Assembly (NCBI GenBank): GCA_963813715.1
Contig: CAWFAK010000017.1
Span: forward strand, 768,001-832,000
DNA length: 64,000 bases
Source of the DNA: an uncultured Planctomycetaceae bacterium
Lineage (GTDB): Bacteria > Planctomycetota > Planctomycetia > Planctomycetales > Planctomycetaceae
Reading direction: 5' to 3'
Shown here piece after piece: positions 15,600-24,461 of the stretch. The stretch's first letter is position 1. Each line of letters starts with the position of its first letter. A model generated the notes under the pieces. The model did not search any database. It was not told where the DNA came from and saw nothing but the letters and a program-made list of their open reading frames with translations. The position numbers and the translations under genes were made by a program.

Positions 15600-15995
15600 A
15601 TGAGACGGAACGTTGGAACCTTATTGTGCGGGGCCCTGCTGGGTGTCCTCGCCATCACGTCTTGGGCATCCACGGCATCGGCCCAAGAGCGCGGAGTGAG
15701 ACGCGGTAACGTAGCACGCGGAGAAGTGCGTGAGGGCTGGCGCGGCGACGGCGCTCGTCCCGGCGCTTGGAACGGGGGTTATCGCGGCGGCTACTACCGC
15801 GGGTACGGCTATGGCGGATATCCGGCTTACGGATCGAATTACTACGGCGCGACTTATTACCCCGGCTATTACAACGGCTACTACACCGGGACCCCAGGTG
15901 TCTATGTCGGCGCTGGCCCGGTCGGTGTTGGCGTCGGCGGTGGGGGTGCTGGAGTAGGCGTGGGCGGAGCCGGTTTCGGCTTTGGGTGGTGGTAG
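15600..15995 (+). CDS. Exported Gly/Tyr-rich small protein
   Basis: Signal peptide ending ASA-Q; GGAG upstream; GYYGG-type low-complexity body. Confidence 0.75.
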   Translation: MRRNVGTLLCGALLGVLAITSWASTASAQERGVRRGNVARGEVREGWRGDGARPGAWNGGYRGGYYRGYGYGGYPAYGSNYYGATYYPGYYNGYYTGTPGVYVGAGPVGVGVGGGGAGVGVGGAGFGFGWW

Positions 15996-16312
15996 GACGA
16001 CCGAGTTTTTCCCAAGATCAAAACCCTAGTCATATGCCCCGTCCGCTCTCGCCGTCGCTTGGGCCTTCAACTCCATTTAGGCCGAGCGACGGCAGGCGCG
16101 GACGGGGTAGCCTCGTTCAACTGGTCCGAACTGAGGGCTAATACTCTCCTCGAGTCCGGTTCGACAGGCCTGGGTCGACCATGGTCGCTCGGTCTCCCCT
16201 AACAACTGACACGATCTCGGGGCAGTCAGAACACGAGAGCAAAAGGATTGCTCGTAACTGATTGCAGGCTTAAAAAGCAGGAGTGACCTAGGAGTGCGGC
16301 CGGGAGGCGCCG

Positions 16313-18202
16313 ATGTCGTTTGCGCAGAATGATCGGCCAGCACCCGCCTACTTTCGCGGCAGCAGCAAGCCGTACGTCCGCTGGTGGTGGCTCGCGGGGC
16401 CATTTTGCGAGCGCGACATCGAGACGCAGCTCTCCTGGGTCAAGCAAATGGGGTTCGGCGGCGTCGAGCTGGCCTGGCTTTGGCCAAGTTGGCTCCCCTG
16501 GTTTGATTCCGATCTCATTCCCCGCTGGCTCGGCTCCGAATGGTCGAGACTCGTCGCGCACGCCAAACGTTATGCGGATCGCATCGGCCTCGGCTGCGAC
16601 TTCACGCTCGGAAGCTGCTGGCCTTTCGGCGGGTCAAGCGTTGAGGCGAATCGCGCGTCTCAAACGTTCGGTGGAACTCCCACTCAGCTCCTTCGTGCTT
16701 CTTGGGAGGAGGCACTTCATCGCGACCTGTTCGTCGTCGATCATCTCAACCGGGCGGCACTGCACGCATACTTCGAGGCGATGATGCCAGCGTTTCAACC
16801 CGCGCTCGAGGGGGCGTCATCCGGGTTATTCTGCGACTCGCTTGAAATCCATTCGCATGGCTTGTGGAGTCCTGCACTGTGGGACGAATTTGCTGCCGAA
16901 TGCGGCTATCGCCTCGAGCCATTAACTGACGACCTCGATCGCCATTTCGATGTTCGCTACGACTATCGAAAGTTCCTGGCCGCGGTGATGGTGCGAGAGT
17001 TCTATGCGCCGTTTACCCAACTCTGTCACGATCATGGCGCCTACTCGCGCGTGCAATGCCACGGCTCGCCGACCGATCTGCTGACCTGTTACTCGGCGGT
17101 CGACGTCCCGGAATCCGAGGCGCTTTTGTTCGATCCGCATTTTTCGCGAATCCCGGCTTCGGCGGCCGCGCTCAGCGATCGCACCGTCGTCAGTGCCGAG
17201 ACCTTCACCTGCATTTATGGCTTCACCAGCCCGCGGCACACCGATGCCTATCGCTATTGGAAGCGCGAGCAAGTCGCCGACCTCAAGCTCCTGGCCGATG
17301 CCGTCATTGCCAGCGGCGTCAACCAGATCGTCTGGCATGGCATGCCTTACAACGCCGCGGGCTGCCACCATGAATTTTATGCGTCCGTCCACGTTGGTCC
17401 GGATTGCGCCTTCGTCGCCGAACTCCCCGCCTTCAACGCTTATCTCGAAAAGGTCTGCGGGTTGATGCAGTCGGGGCGAACTGTTTCTGAATTGGCCGTA
17501 TATTTGCCCAACGAAGACATGTGGATGCGCGATGCGATGCCGCGCGAGCTGCGCACTCCCGGCGCCGTCTATTGGTGGGAAATGCGGCACGTCGTCGTGC
17601 CCGAAGAGACGCGCCCCGTTCCAACCGCTGTGGATCTCCGCAACGATGTTGGCTCGCGCGGAGTTGCGGGAGGGGCGCCTCGCGATCGGAACGCAATCGT
17701 TCGCTGCGCTATATCTCGACGTCGAATGGCTCGATGCAGATGCCCTAGTCGAGATCCACCGCCTAGCCGCGGCGGGCCTCAAGGTCATTCTCACGCGTCG
17801 GCCGCGGCAACCCGGCCACCACGCCGCGCGGCGATTACCAACTTACGCTCGATTCGCTTACGGCCTTGCCGAACGTCGTCGCCGGCTCTGGCTCAGGCCG
17901 GCCTGCGACCCGTCGTATCGGGCGAGAATCTGCCCTCTTATTGGGCACGACAGACAGGCAACGACACGGACTTCTTCTTCGCCCATCCCAAAGCCGCGGA
18001 GGTTCACTATCCGATGCCATTCGGATTTTCGAGATGCGACGAGACGGTCCGCCGCAGGGTTACTCTGCGGTCTGCCTCGGCGTCGGCCGACGTTGAACTC
18101 GTCTTTTCGCCTTACCAGTCTCTGGTGTTGCGTTTGTCCGCAAAGGGAGAGATCACTCCGATCGAATGCGGTTATCACCCGCCTCTCCCGGTCCAATTCT
18201 GA
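16313..18202 (+). CDS. GH106-like (alpha-L-rhamnosidase-related) glycoside hydrolase; compensating frameshifts ~17620-17880
   Basis: KPYVRWWW, GFGGVEL, GSCWPFGG, FCDSLE, VSAETFT, GVNQIVWHG; the plausible protein sequence for the central part lies in the alternate frame. Confidence 0.75.
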   Translation: MSFAQNDRPAPAYFRGSSKPYVRWWWLAGPFCERDIETQLSWVKQMGFGGVELAWLWPSWLPWFDSDLIPRWLGSEWSRLVAHAKRYADRIGLGCDFTLGSCWPFGGSSVEANRASQTFGGTPTQLLRASWEEALHRDLFVVDHLNRAALHAYFEAMMPAFQPALEGASSGLFCDSLEIHSHGLWSPALWDEFAAECGYRLEPLTDDLDRHFDVRYDYRKFLAAVMVREFYAPFTQLCHDHGAYSRVQCHGSPTDLLTCYSAVDVPESEALLFDPHFSRIPASAAALSDRTVVSAETFTCIYGFTSPRHTDAYRYWKREQVADLKLLADAVIASGVNQIVWHGMPYNAAGCHHEFYASVHVGPDCAFVAELPAFNAYLEKVCGLMQSGRTVSELAVYLPNEDMWMRDAMPRELRTPGAVYWWEMRHVVVPEETRPVPTAVDLRNDVGSRGVAGGAPRDRNAIVRCAISRRRMARCRCPSRDPPPSRGGPQGHSHASAAATRPPRRAAITNLRSIRLRPCRTSSPALAQAGLRPVVSGENLPSYWARQTGNDTDFFFAHPKAAEVHYPMPFGFSRCDETVRRRVTLRSASASADVELVFSPYQSLVLRLSAKGEITPIECGYHPPLPVQF

Positions 18203-18295
18203 TGTCGTCCCAAGCGGAACAGGACAGATGAGCTTGCTCCGCATCGGAGCAAAAGACCGGACTCGCGGGAGAATGTCATGCTGGTGGCTCACAGA

Positions 18296-18481
18296 TCAGC
18301 TGCGTCCTGACGGACTCGCGATCAGCTCCGTGACTGCAAAAACCACCACCCCGCCACCAAGCAGCGCGAGCACCCAATCCTGCAGGACCATACTGAGGGA
18401 CAGCACCGCCGCACCAATCGCGAGCGATGGCCAGCCGATCAGCCGATGCAAGAATGGCTTCTTTGGCTTGCCGGTGCTCAT
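18296..18481 (-). CDS. Small two-TM membrane protein, possibly leaderless
   Basis: Basic N-terminus and two hydrophobic helices; TAGAAT 6 nt upstream of the ATG. Confidence 0.6.
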   Translation of the reverse strand: MSTGKPKKPFLHRLIGWPSLAIGAAVLSLSMVLQDWVLALLGGGVVVFAVTELIASPSGRS

Positions 18482-18487
18482 GCCGTC

Positions 18488-18493
18488 ATTCTA
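18488..18493 (-). promoter_or_regulatory. Putative -10 box (TAGAAT) for a leaderless transcript
   Basis: TAGAAT-GACGGC-ATG on the minus strand. Confidence 0.5.
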
Positions 18494-18536
18494 TACGGCT
18501 GACGCGCCGTATCGAGGTGCGGCGGCCCGGGCAGAG

Positions 18537-18689
18537 CTACCCGTCATTCTGCGCGACTCGGTCTTTGCGCAACTTGATCCTCTGAGCCTCTCGTTCCTTC
18601 TTCAATTGTTCCCGTTCGCTCTTGGCCTGCTGCTTCTCTTCTTTTTGACGCTGATCCGGGCCGTCATCGTCGTCGGAGCGATATGGCAT
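18537..18689 (-). CDS. Small charged hypothetical protein (50 aa)
   Basis: MPYRSDDDDGPDQRQKEEK...; GAGGAAG upstream. Confidence 0.45.
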   Translation of the reverse strand: MPYRSDDDDGPDQRQKEEKQQAKSEREQLKKEREAQRIKLRKDRVAQNDG

Positions 18690-18802
18690 AAACTCACTTC
18701 CTCGTCGTCGGAAGCCAAGCGATCGACGCCGAGGCTTCGCAAGGAACGTCACAATTGCGAATGGAGGCACGAAATCAAGTCGGAGCCGGGCGGCGCCGCG
18801 AC

Positions 18803-19042
18803 TTAACACTTCACGTCGAATTCCGGCTGATTACACATTTTGTCGATAATTCCCTGATCGTCGCTCCCCTCGACCAGCACGGTGATCCCCCGCGGGAAAC
18901 CGGCCTCATGGACGGCGATGACCTTATACCCCCAGTTTGCAAACTTGTCGGTGACAAATCGCTGGTCGTCGTCGCTTTCGAGGCGCAGGTCGAGTTCCAT
19001 CGCGTTATCGGCGGGTCGTATTGTTTGGCAGCGAATCGGCAT
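18803..19042 (-). CDS. Hypothetical protein (79 aa)
   Basis: AAGGGA upstream; protein-like composition. Confidence 0.6.
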   Translation of the reverse strand: MPIRCQTIRPADNAMELDLRLESDDDQRFVTDKFANWGYKVIAVHEAGFPRGITVLVEGSDDQGIIDKMCNQPEFDVKC

Positions 19043-19280
19043 GACGGTCCCTTGAGGGAGTGGTCCTTACGGCGCGACACGTGGACGCGATTCTCCAGCA
19101 GGCGCGGCTTCAAAAATCGCGAACGGGGAGGAACGAAGGCGCCGCGGCGGGCGATTCAGGAAGTGCCGAATTGATAACGTCGTGTCCTTGCCTGGCCAAA
19201 AAGGTTTTTTGCACGCCGACCGTAAAGATCCACCTGTGGAGCAACAGTAATCACTTCTCGCGTTTCTGCCCAGCGCGAAC

Positions 19281-19595
19281 TCAGTTTATTCCTCGGATGC
19301 CGGCAACCTTGCCCAGCAGGTAGCCGAGTTCGTCACCGTCGAGCTCGGCGACCGCGGCAAGCCGGTGAATGTTGCGAATCAAACCGCGTTTAACGCAGTG
19401 AAAGGCCTTGAAGTCGGCTTCGCCTACGGAGCGGCCTAATAGGAGGTCGTTGCGCGTGATTCGCAGTTCGCTGATACTGGGGGTTGTCCAATTCTCGTCC
19501 AATAGGGAACCAAGAACTGCCATGAAAATGGGGCTCGTCTCGATCGCCTGGAGCTTTTGCACGCAGTCGTGATGAATCTGCTTCGTTGCCCGCAT
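19281..19595 (-). CDS. Hypothetical protein, paralog of 13696..14022
   Basis: See paralog; AGGA upstream. Confidence 0.75.
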   Translation of the reverse strand: MRATKQIHHDCVQKLQAIETSPIFMAVLGSLLDENWTTPSISELRITRNDLLLGRSVGEADFKAFHCVKRGLIRNIHRLAAVAELDGDELGYLLGKVAGIRGIN

Positions 19596-19969
19596 AGCCG
19601 TGGGTTCCTGAGAGCGACACTGGCTTCACGTTCTCGACCCGCCGTCCTTTTGCGCCCAGCGTCTCACGGAACGAAGAACCGTTGTCCAACCCGGAAGTGA
19701 TGCTGTAGATACAAAGTTTGCACTTGCAAAAATCATAATCGATGGACGATACCCTGGCAAGGCAAGCCGGATCCCTGCCCCGCTCGAAAACGTCGGCGCC
19801 GCGGAGGCGCGTTTCATCGGTAGTACGTGATCGGTCGCCGGCTTTCGTGACGTAGAACTTCCGCAACTTCGGCAGAGAATTACAGCGGACATCCATCGCT
19901 CGCTGCGATACGACAGCAAGGCGCCCTGCGGCCAAATGAGACCGAAGTGAGAGGATCGATCGAGTTTCG

Positions 19970-20326
19970 TTAACCCTGCCCTCCCATCTCCATCTCGAAA
20001 GATGTCGTCGGATCAAGGTGATCAACCAGGTCTTGATCCTTGGCGATCGAACCGAATTCCTCTTTGACCTTGTTGAACATTGCTTTCGCACCGTCGAGGT
20101 CGAGCATGAGATTGGCAATCATGCCGGCCTGAACAAAGCCGATCCAGCGATGGAGTTTGGTATCAGGCCAGTCCTCCGCGTGCTCAACGATCAGGTTGCA
20201 CATCCGTCGAAGATGTTTGGGACGAAGCGAGTCGGGCAGCGCGAAGCGAACGTCCTCCGTTTTGTTTTGGATGATGCTCAGACATCGCTCCGCCATTGCG
20301 ACCATTAGCAGATTACCTTGATCCAT
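19970..20326 (-). CDS. Hypothetical protein (KLHRWIGFVQAG motif)
   Basis: GGAG upstream of ATG 20326; protein-like helical composition. Confidence 0.7.
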   Translation of the reverse strand: MDQGNLLMVAMAERCLSIIQNKTEDVRFALPDSLRPKHLRRMCNLIVEHAEDWPDTKLHRWIGFVQAGMIANLMLDLDGAKAMFNKVKEEFGSIAKDQDLVDHLDPTTSFEMEMGGQG

Positions 20327-20417
20327 GGCATCGCTCCGTCTTGCGAACTTGCCCACTGCCCATAAAGAAAGCCGACGAGGCTCGTCGGCTTTCAGGTCTT
20401 CCAAAATGCGTCGACGC

Positions 20418-20615
20418 TCAGACGGGTCGCACGTTTTCGGCTCTCGGCCCTTTCGGCCCACGTCCTTCGTTGTAGGAGACCAGCTGTCCTTCCTGGAGCT
20501 GCTCGTAGCCCGAACCTTCCACGTTTGATGAGTGGAAGAACATGTCCTTGCCGGTTCCGGTGTCGATGAACCCGAAACCCTTGTCCGTTTTTCGCTTGAT
20601 CGTACCCTGGGGCAT
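20418..20615 (-). CDS. Cold-shock domain protein
   Basis: MPQGTIK..KGFGFI..DMFFHSS..GPKGPRAENV (RNP1/RNP2), 65 aa. Confidence 0.95.
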   Translation of the reverse strand: MPQGTIKRKTDKGFGFIDTGTGKDMFFHSSNVEGSGYEQLQEGQLVSYNEGRGPKGPRAENVRPV

Positions 20616-20948
20616 TCTGCTCACGTTCCTAAAAAAGAATGTCCGGTGTTGCCCGAAGCTCGGGACTCTTTCACCGCACGCCCGAATTGTATCAATCAGG
20701 ACCGTTTGGCGGCAGTGACATGAGCCTGGTGACGGCGAAAACACGGCAATACGCGACTCCGGACGTCGGTTCGCCATCCTACGCGTCGTGCACCATCGCG
20801 CGCTCGAGGAGCCGAATCGCCAGCTCATTGTCAGCGTGACCCGGTCGAGGTTCTTTCGACGCAACCAAGCTTCGGGCCAAGACCATTCGCCCGTTCGTCA
20901 AAAGGCGTCTCGCACTTGCGCAAGATTCGCCGATCTTCAGACGTGTAA

Positions 20949-20994
20949 GTCGGGACGACAGGATTTGAACCTGCGACTTCTTGCACCCCAAGCA
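20949..20994 (-). pseudogene. 3' half of tRNA-Pro(GGG); att-like remnant
   Basis: Minus strand TGCTTGGGGTGCAAGAAGTCGCAGGTTCAAATCCTGTCGTCCCGAC contains the anticodon loop, T-arm and acceptor 3' strand; no D-arm or 5' strand. Confidence 0.8.
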
Positions 20995-21059
20995 CAGGTT
21001 GCAATCATGCCGAAAGCTCGGAAAGTTGTTTGTTGGAAGGGACTTTAGCACCTCCGCTG

Positions 21060-21378
21060 CTGTGTTGTCGGGCGAAAGCACCATGTCTTGGGCGCCGTGC
21101 GCGGGCTGAAACCGCAACGTCCCCAAGCGAAGGCGGGCGCCGGGCGGAAGCGGATCGCCAAGCTGGTCAACTGGCTCCGCTTTCGAGCCGCGCGATGGAG
21201 CAGATTTGGCGGCCTTCGACGCCGACTTCGCGTCAGCCTGATTCAAGGCGACCGCAGGCTTGGGTGGCTGCGCTGCGTTCTGCGCAGCGCGGCTGACTAG
21301 ACCGAATGCGGCCGCGAGAACCACAACCAAAAGCCACGTCAACGTTGTGCAGCGAATCGGCATCGACTGCAATCTCAC
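21060..21378 (-). pseudogene. N-terminal fragment of an exported WD40-type repeat protein
   Basis: Signal peptide, then DQLGDPLPPGARLRLGTLRF, a motif I recognise at the start of planctomycete WD40 proteins; breaks off after LSPD. Confidence 0.6.
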
Positions 21379-21422
21379 TCACGTAAGCCGATTGCTCAGG
21401 CGAAAGAGCAGACCATTTAGAA

Positions 21423-21469
21423 GTGAAGGCGCCGGGACTCGAACCCAGGGGACCTGCGCATTAAGAGTC
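21423..21469 (-). pseudogene. Degenerate 3' half of tRNA-Lys(CTT); att-like remnant
   Basis: Minus strand GACTCTTAATGCGCAGGTCCCCTGGGTTCGAGTCCCGGCGCCTTCAC: CT-CTT-AA loop and GGTTCGAGTCCC T-arm; no 5' half. Confidence 0.7.
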
Positions 21470-21991
21470 TCTCTGGCCAATTGTCCGCCAACGTTCGCTT
21501 TTGCACAACGCTGTACGCACACGCTGATTTAGGGCTAGCGGAGAATTCCGCGACCATCCGCGATCGTGCTGTGGTGTTCGTGGACTAGGCTACACTTTTG
21601 GCTGTCAATTTCATTCACGGGGGGCACGATGGCTCCGCAGGTCCGCGAGAATCTCCGTGCGGCCCAAATTTGGCCTCAACAACGGGCGATGTGGCTCCCG
21701 ACCGTTGTATCACTAATCCGTCCGTTTCTTGCGACCTCGACCGATGACTGCCACCGTCACGGGCACCGGAAACTCATCCGTTTTTCGGTACGCGATTCTG
21801 CGCACCGAATTGCCATACGTTTTGGTGGAATCGGGCCTCGGGCGGCAACGGCGCTAAAACGCCCTGAAATCGGCGGCAGAAATCGAAAGTTCTAGGGAAC
21901 ACGCCGACTTCTGCCTGAAGCGACCGCTTTCGGAAACGACTGGCTGCGATATTCGACGGCCGAGGCTTTGTCGGTTCAGCGATCCATCGCT

Positions 21992-22743
21992 TCACAAGGT
22001 CCGACCGCTCAACTGTGCCAGGGCTCGATCACAGGGCGGAGCCCAGCGGCAGGCCAGTTCGGCGACCAAAAGGGCCGTCACGGCGCCGGCATAGACGTCC
22101 ATTGTGTAGTGGGCGCGGAGCACCAAGACCGTCAACGCCTCAAAGAGGACGATCGACACCCCCAATGCCGTAAGCCACTTGCGCCCGGTCCGGGCCAATT
22201 CCACGGCCGCCAAAACGGCCAACCCGGTGTGACCCGAGAAAAAGAAGTCGGTCGAAACGCCGTACGTCACCAGGAGCGTCGGCACGCCGGTGTTGTGCCA
22301 GATCATCCCCGGCGGCACGGGAACGCGCAGAGCATTTGGCAGAGTTGTCGCAAGGCGAACAGCATGAGCAGCCCCAGGAATGGGCGAACAGTCCGTCCGA
22401 AAAGAGTTGCCGCCAGCAACGACACGCCGACCACGTCGATCACTGCCGAACTGATGATCAGCAGCGTATCGGCCGCCTGCGGATGCGCTCGGAACGCGTC
22501 GTGCAACCCGGCCGTCCATTGATGCAGGACGTCGCCGACGCCGCTGCCGGAGAACTCGCGCTGACCGATTAGCGACTGCGTCCAGAACCACGCTCCAAGC
22601 CCCGCAGCGACGAAGGCGGCCCGCAACCACCAGGGAGCGACGGTTGCTGCCGGCGTCGCTGGCACCAATCCGCTCGAAGCCGGTGGAGCCGTCATGATGG
22701 AAACCTGCCTCTTGTAAGAATCGGTCAGCGAAAGTGCTTCCAT
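21992..22743 (-). CDS. PAP2-superfamily, sphingomyelin-synthase-like membrane protein (frameshift ~22322)
   Basis: DFFFSGHT and RAHYTMDV motifs; multiple TM helices; GGAGGT RBS. Confidence 0.75.
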
Positions 22744-22760
22744 TTCTCACCTCCCCTCAG

Positions 22761-23985
22761 TCATGAAGCTAAGCTGGGTTGGCTGGTCGCAAAATTGTCG
22801 GGGCGGGCGATACCCAACAAATGGTGAAGCTGTTGATCAAGCTGCGACATCACCGGGTCCTCGGCGGCGCCGCGTCGCGCACGGGATTCACGGTGATTGG
22901 CTTGCCGATCGTCACGGTCGCGGTCATTGGACGATGCACGCGGCAGTCGTCGCGCAAGTCTTCTTCAAATCTCTCGACCGTTTCCAGCAGGCGCTCCTTC
23001 GTCGGGTTCGAGCGGATGTAATCCGGCGGAAAACAGGCAATCTGCTGGGCAAGGTACATGTCAGCCAGGTGCTTCCAGCGGCGGTCGCGCTCCAGCAGAG
23101 TGATCGTGCTCTGCACCATGTCGGGAAGAATGGCAATCCGCAGCTGCTTGACGCGTCCCACGGTGGTTGATTCGCGGCGGCCCTTCAGCCATTCCTGCTC
23201 GAGTGGCACGAGCAGATGATCGATCAGCCGTTCGGCGCGCTCGAAGATCGTTCCCGACTGGGGCCGTCCGAGGTATTCGAGCTCCTTCAGGCACAAAAGC
23301 GACTCGCCGACGTGGACGATACGGTCGAACAGCTCGAGCCCGCGTTTTGGCTGCCAGGTAAGACGCTGCTCGATGTCATCCAGCACCGGGTGCAGTGCCC
23401 GCTCGACGTCGCCGTGAAAGTGGTATCGGATTGCAACTGGATGAACGACGACCTGTGCGCCCGAATCGATCTCTGCCCGCTTTTTCGCCGCCGCACGGGC
23501 GATGAACGCAGTGCCCCCCATCATCGAGTTCAGCCGATCGTTGTGCCGGCTGATGACCCCTTCCGGAAAAATCACCAGCGGGCGCCGTGCCTGCGTCAGA
23601 ATCTCGACGCCGGCTGCCAGCGCTTGCCGGTCAAGCCCCTCGCGATAGATGCTAAAGGCCCCGGCTCGGCGGAGGAGAAACGCTTGCAACCGGCCCTGCA
23701 CAAAAAGATCGCGCTGGCCATGATGAACGGCAACGTCCCCACCTGTCGGCACATTTCTCCCACCACGTACGGATCGCACGGCCGGCAATGGTTGGGGGCC
23801 AGCAGCACGCCATGCCCCGCGGCCAGCGACTGGCGTAGATGATCGGCCCCTTGGACTTCGACCCTCTCGATGCCGTATTCGCGGCGCAGTTTCCGCCGCC
23901 CGACCAGCGTTAAAATTCGCGGCCAGAGTATGCCGTGATAGGGCGGAACGAACTCATACGGCTTTTCACTTACGACCGGATGCAT
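22761..23985 (-). CDS. PlsC-like glycerolipid acyltransferase (frameshifts ~23712, ~22875)
   Basis: NHCRPCD (HxxxxD), GAFSIYR, IFPEG. Confidence 0.85.
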
Positions 23986-24461
23986 GGCAGCATTCCTGGG
24001 TTATTCGCAATCGATCAGATTTCGCGTTCCTACTGCTCTAGGCGCGGAATTGCGGTCCGTATAACGCGTGCTCTGCGAAAAATGCGGATTAACCCGGGCA
24101 CAATCCTGATAGTGCGCTAACGCTTTTCCGCGGCGTCGTGATGCAACTTGCTGTTTTACTCTCGCCCGAACCGGTGAATTTGGTCCTCATACCTGCCGCT
24201 ATTCCCGTAATCTCAACCGTTTTCCCGGACACGCCATCGAGATTTTGGGAGTGGCAGGGTTCGACCAGAAATGCAGGGGCGATGATCCGGAGAGAGCCGT
24301 TCGTCAGAGTCAAATATGAGTTGTCGTCAGGGCGTAGCCTCAAAGAATCCTGCCACAACTCGAACACCAAAAACTGTGCTTGTCCGATCCGCCACGGCTA
24401 GAATGGACGCCGAACGAGGAAGTCCGCCTGTACGAGATTCCGAGAAGCACAGCATCGATTT

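Noticed and set aside
20949..21469. Intact tRNA genes
   Set aside because: No D-arm or acceptor 5' strand upstream of either remnant
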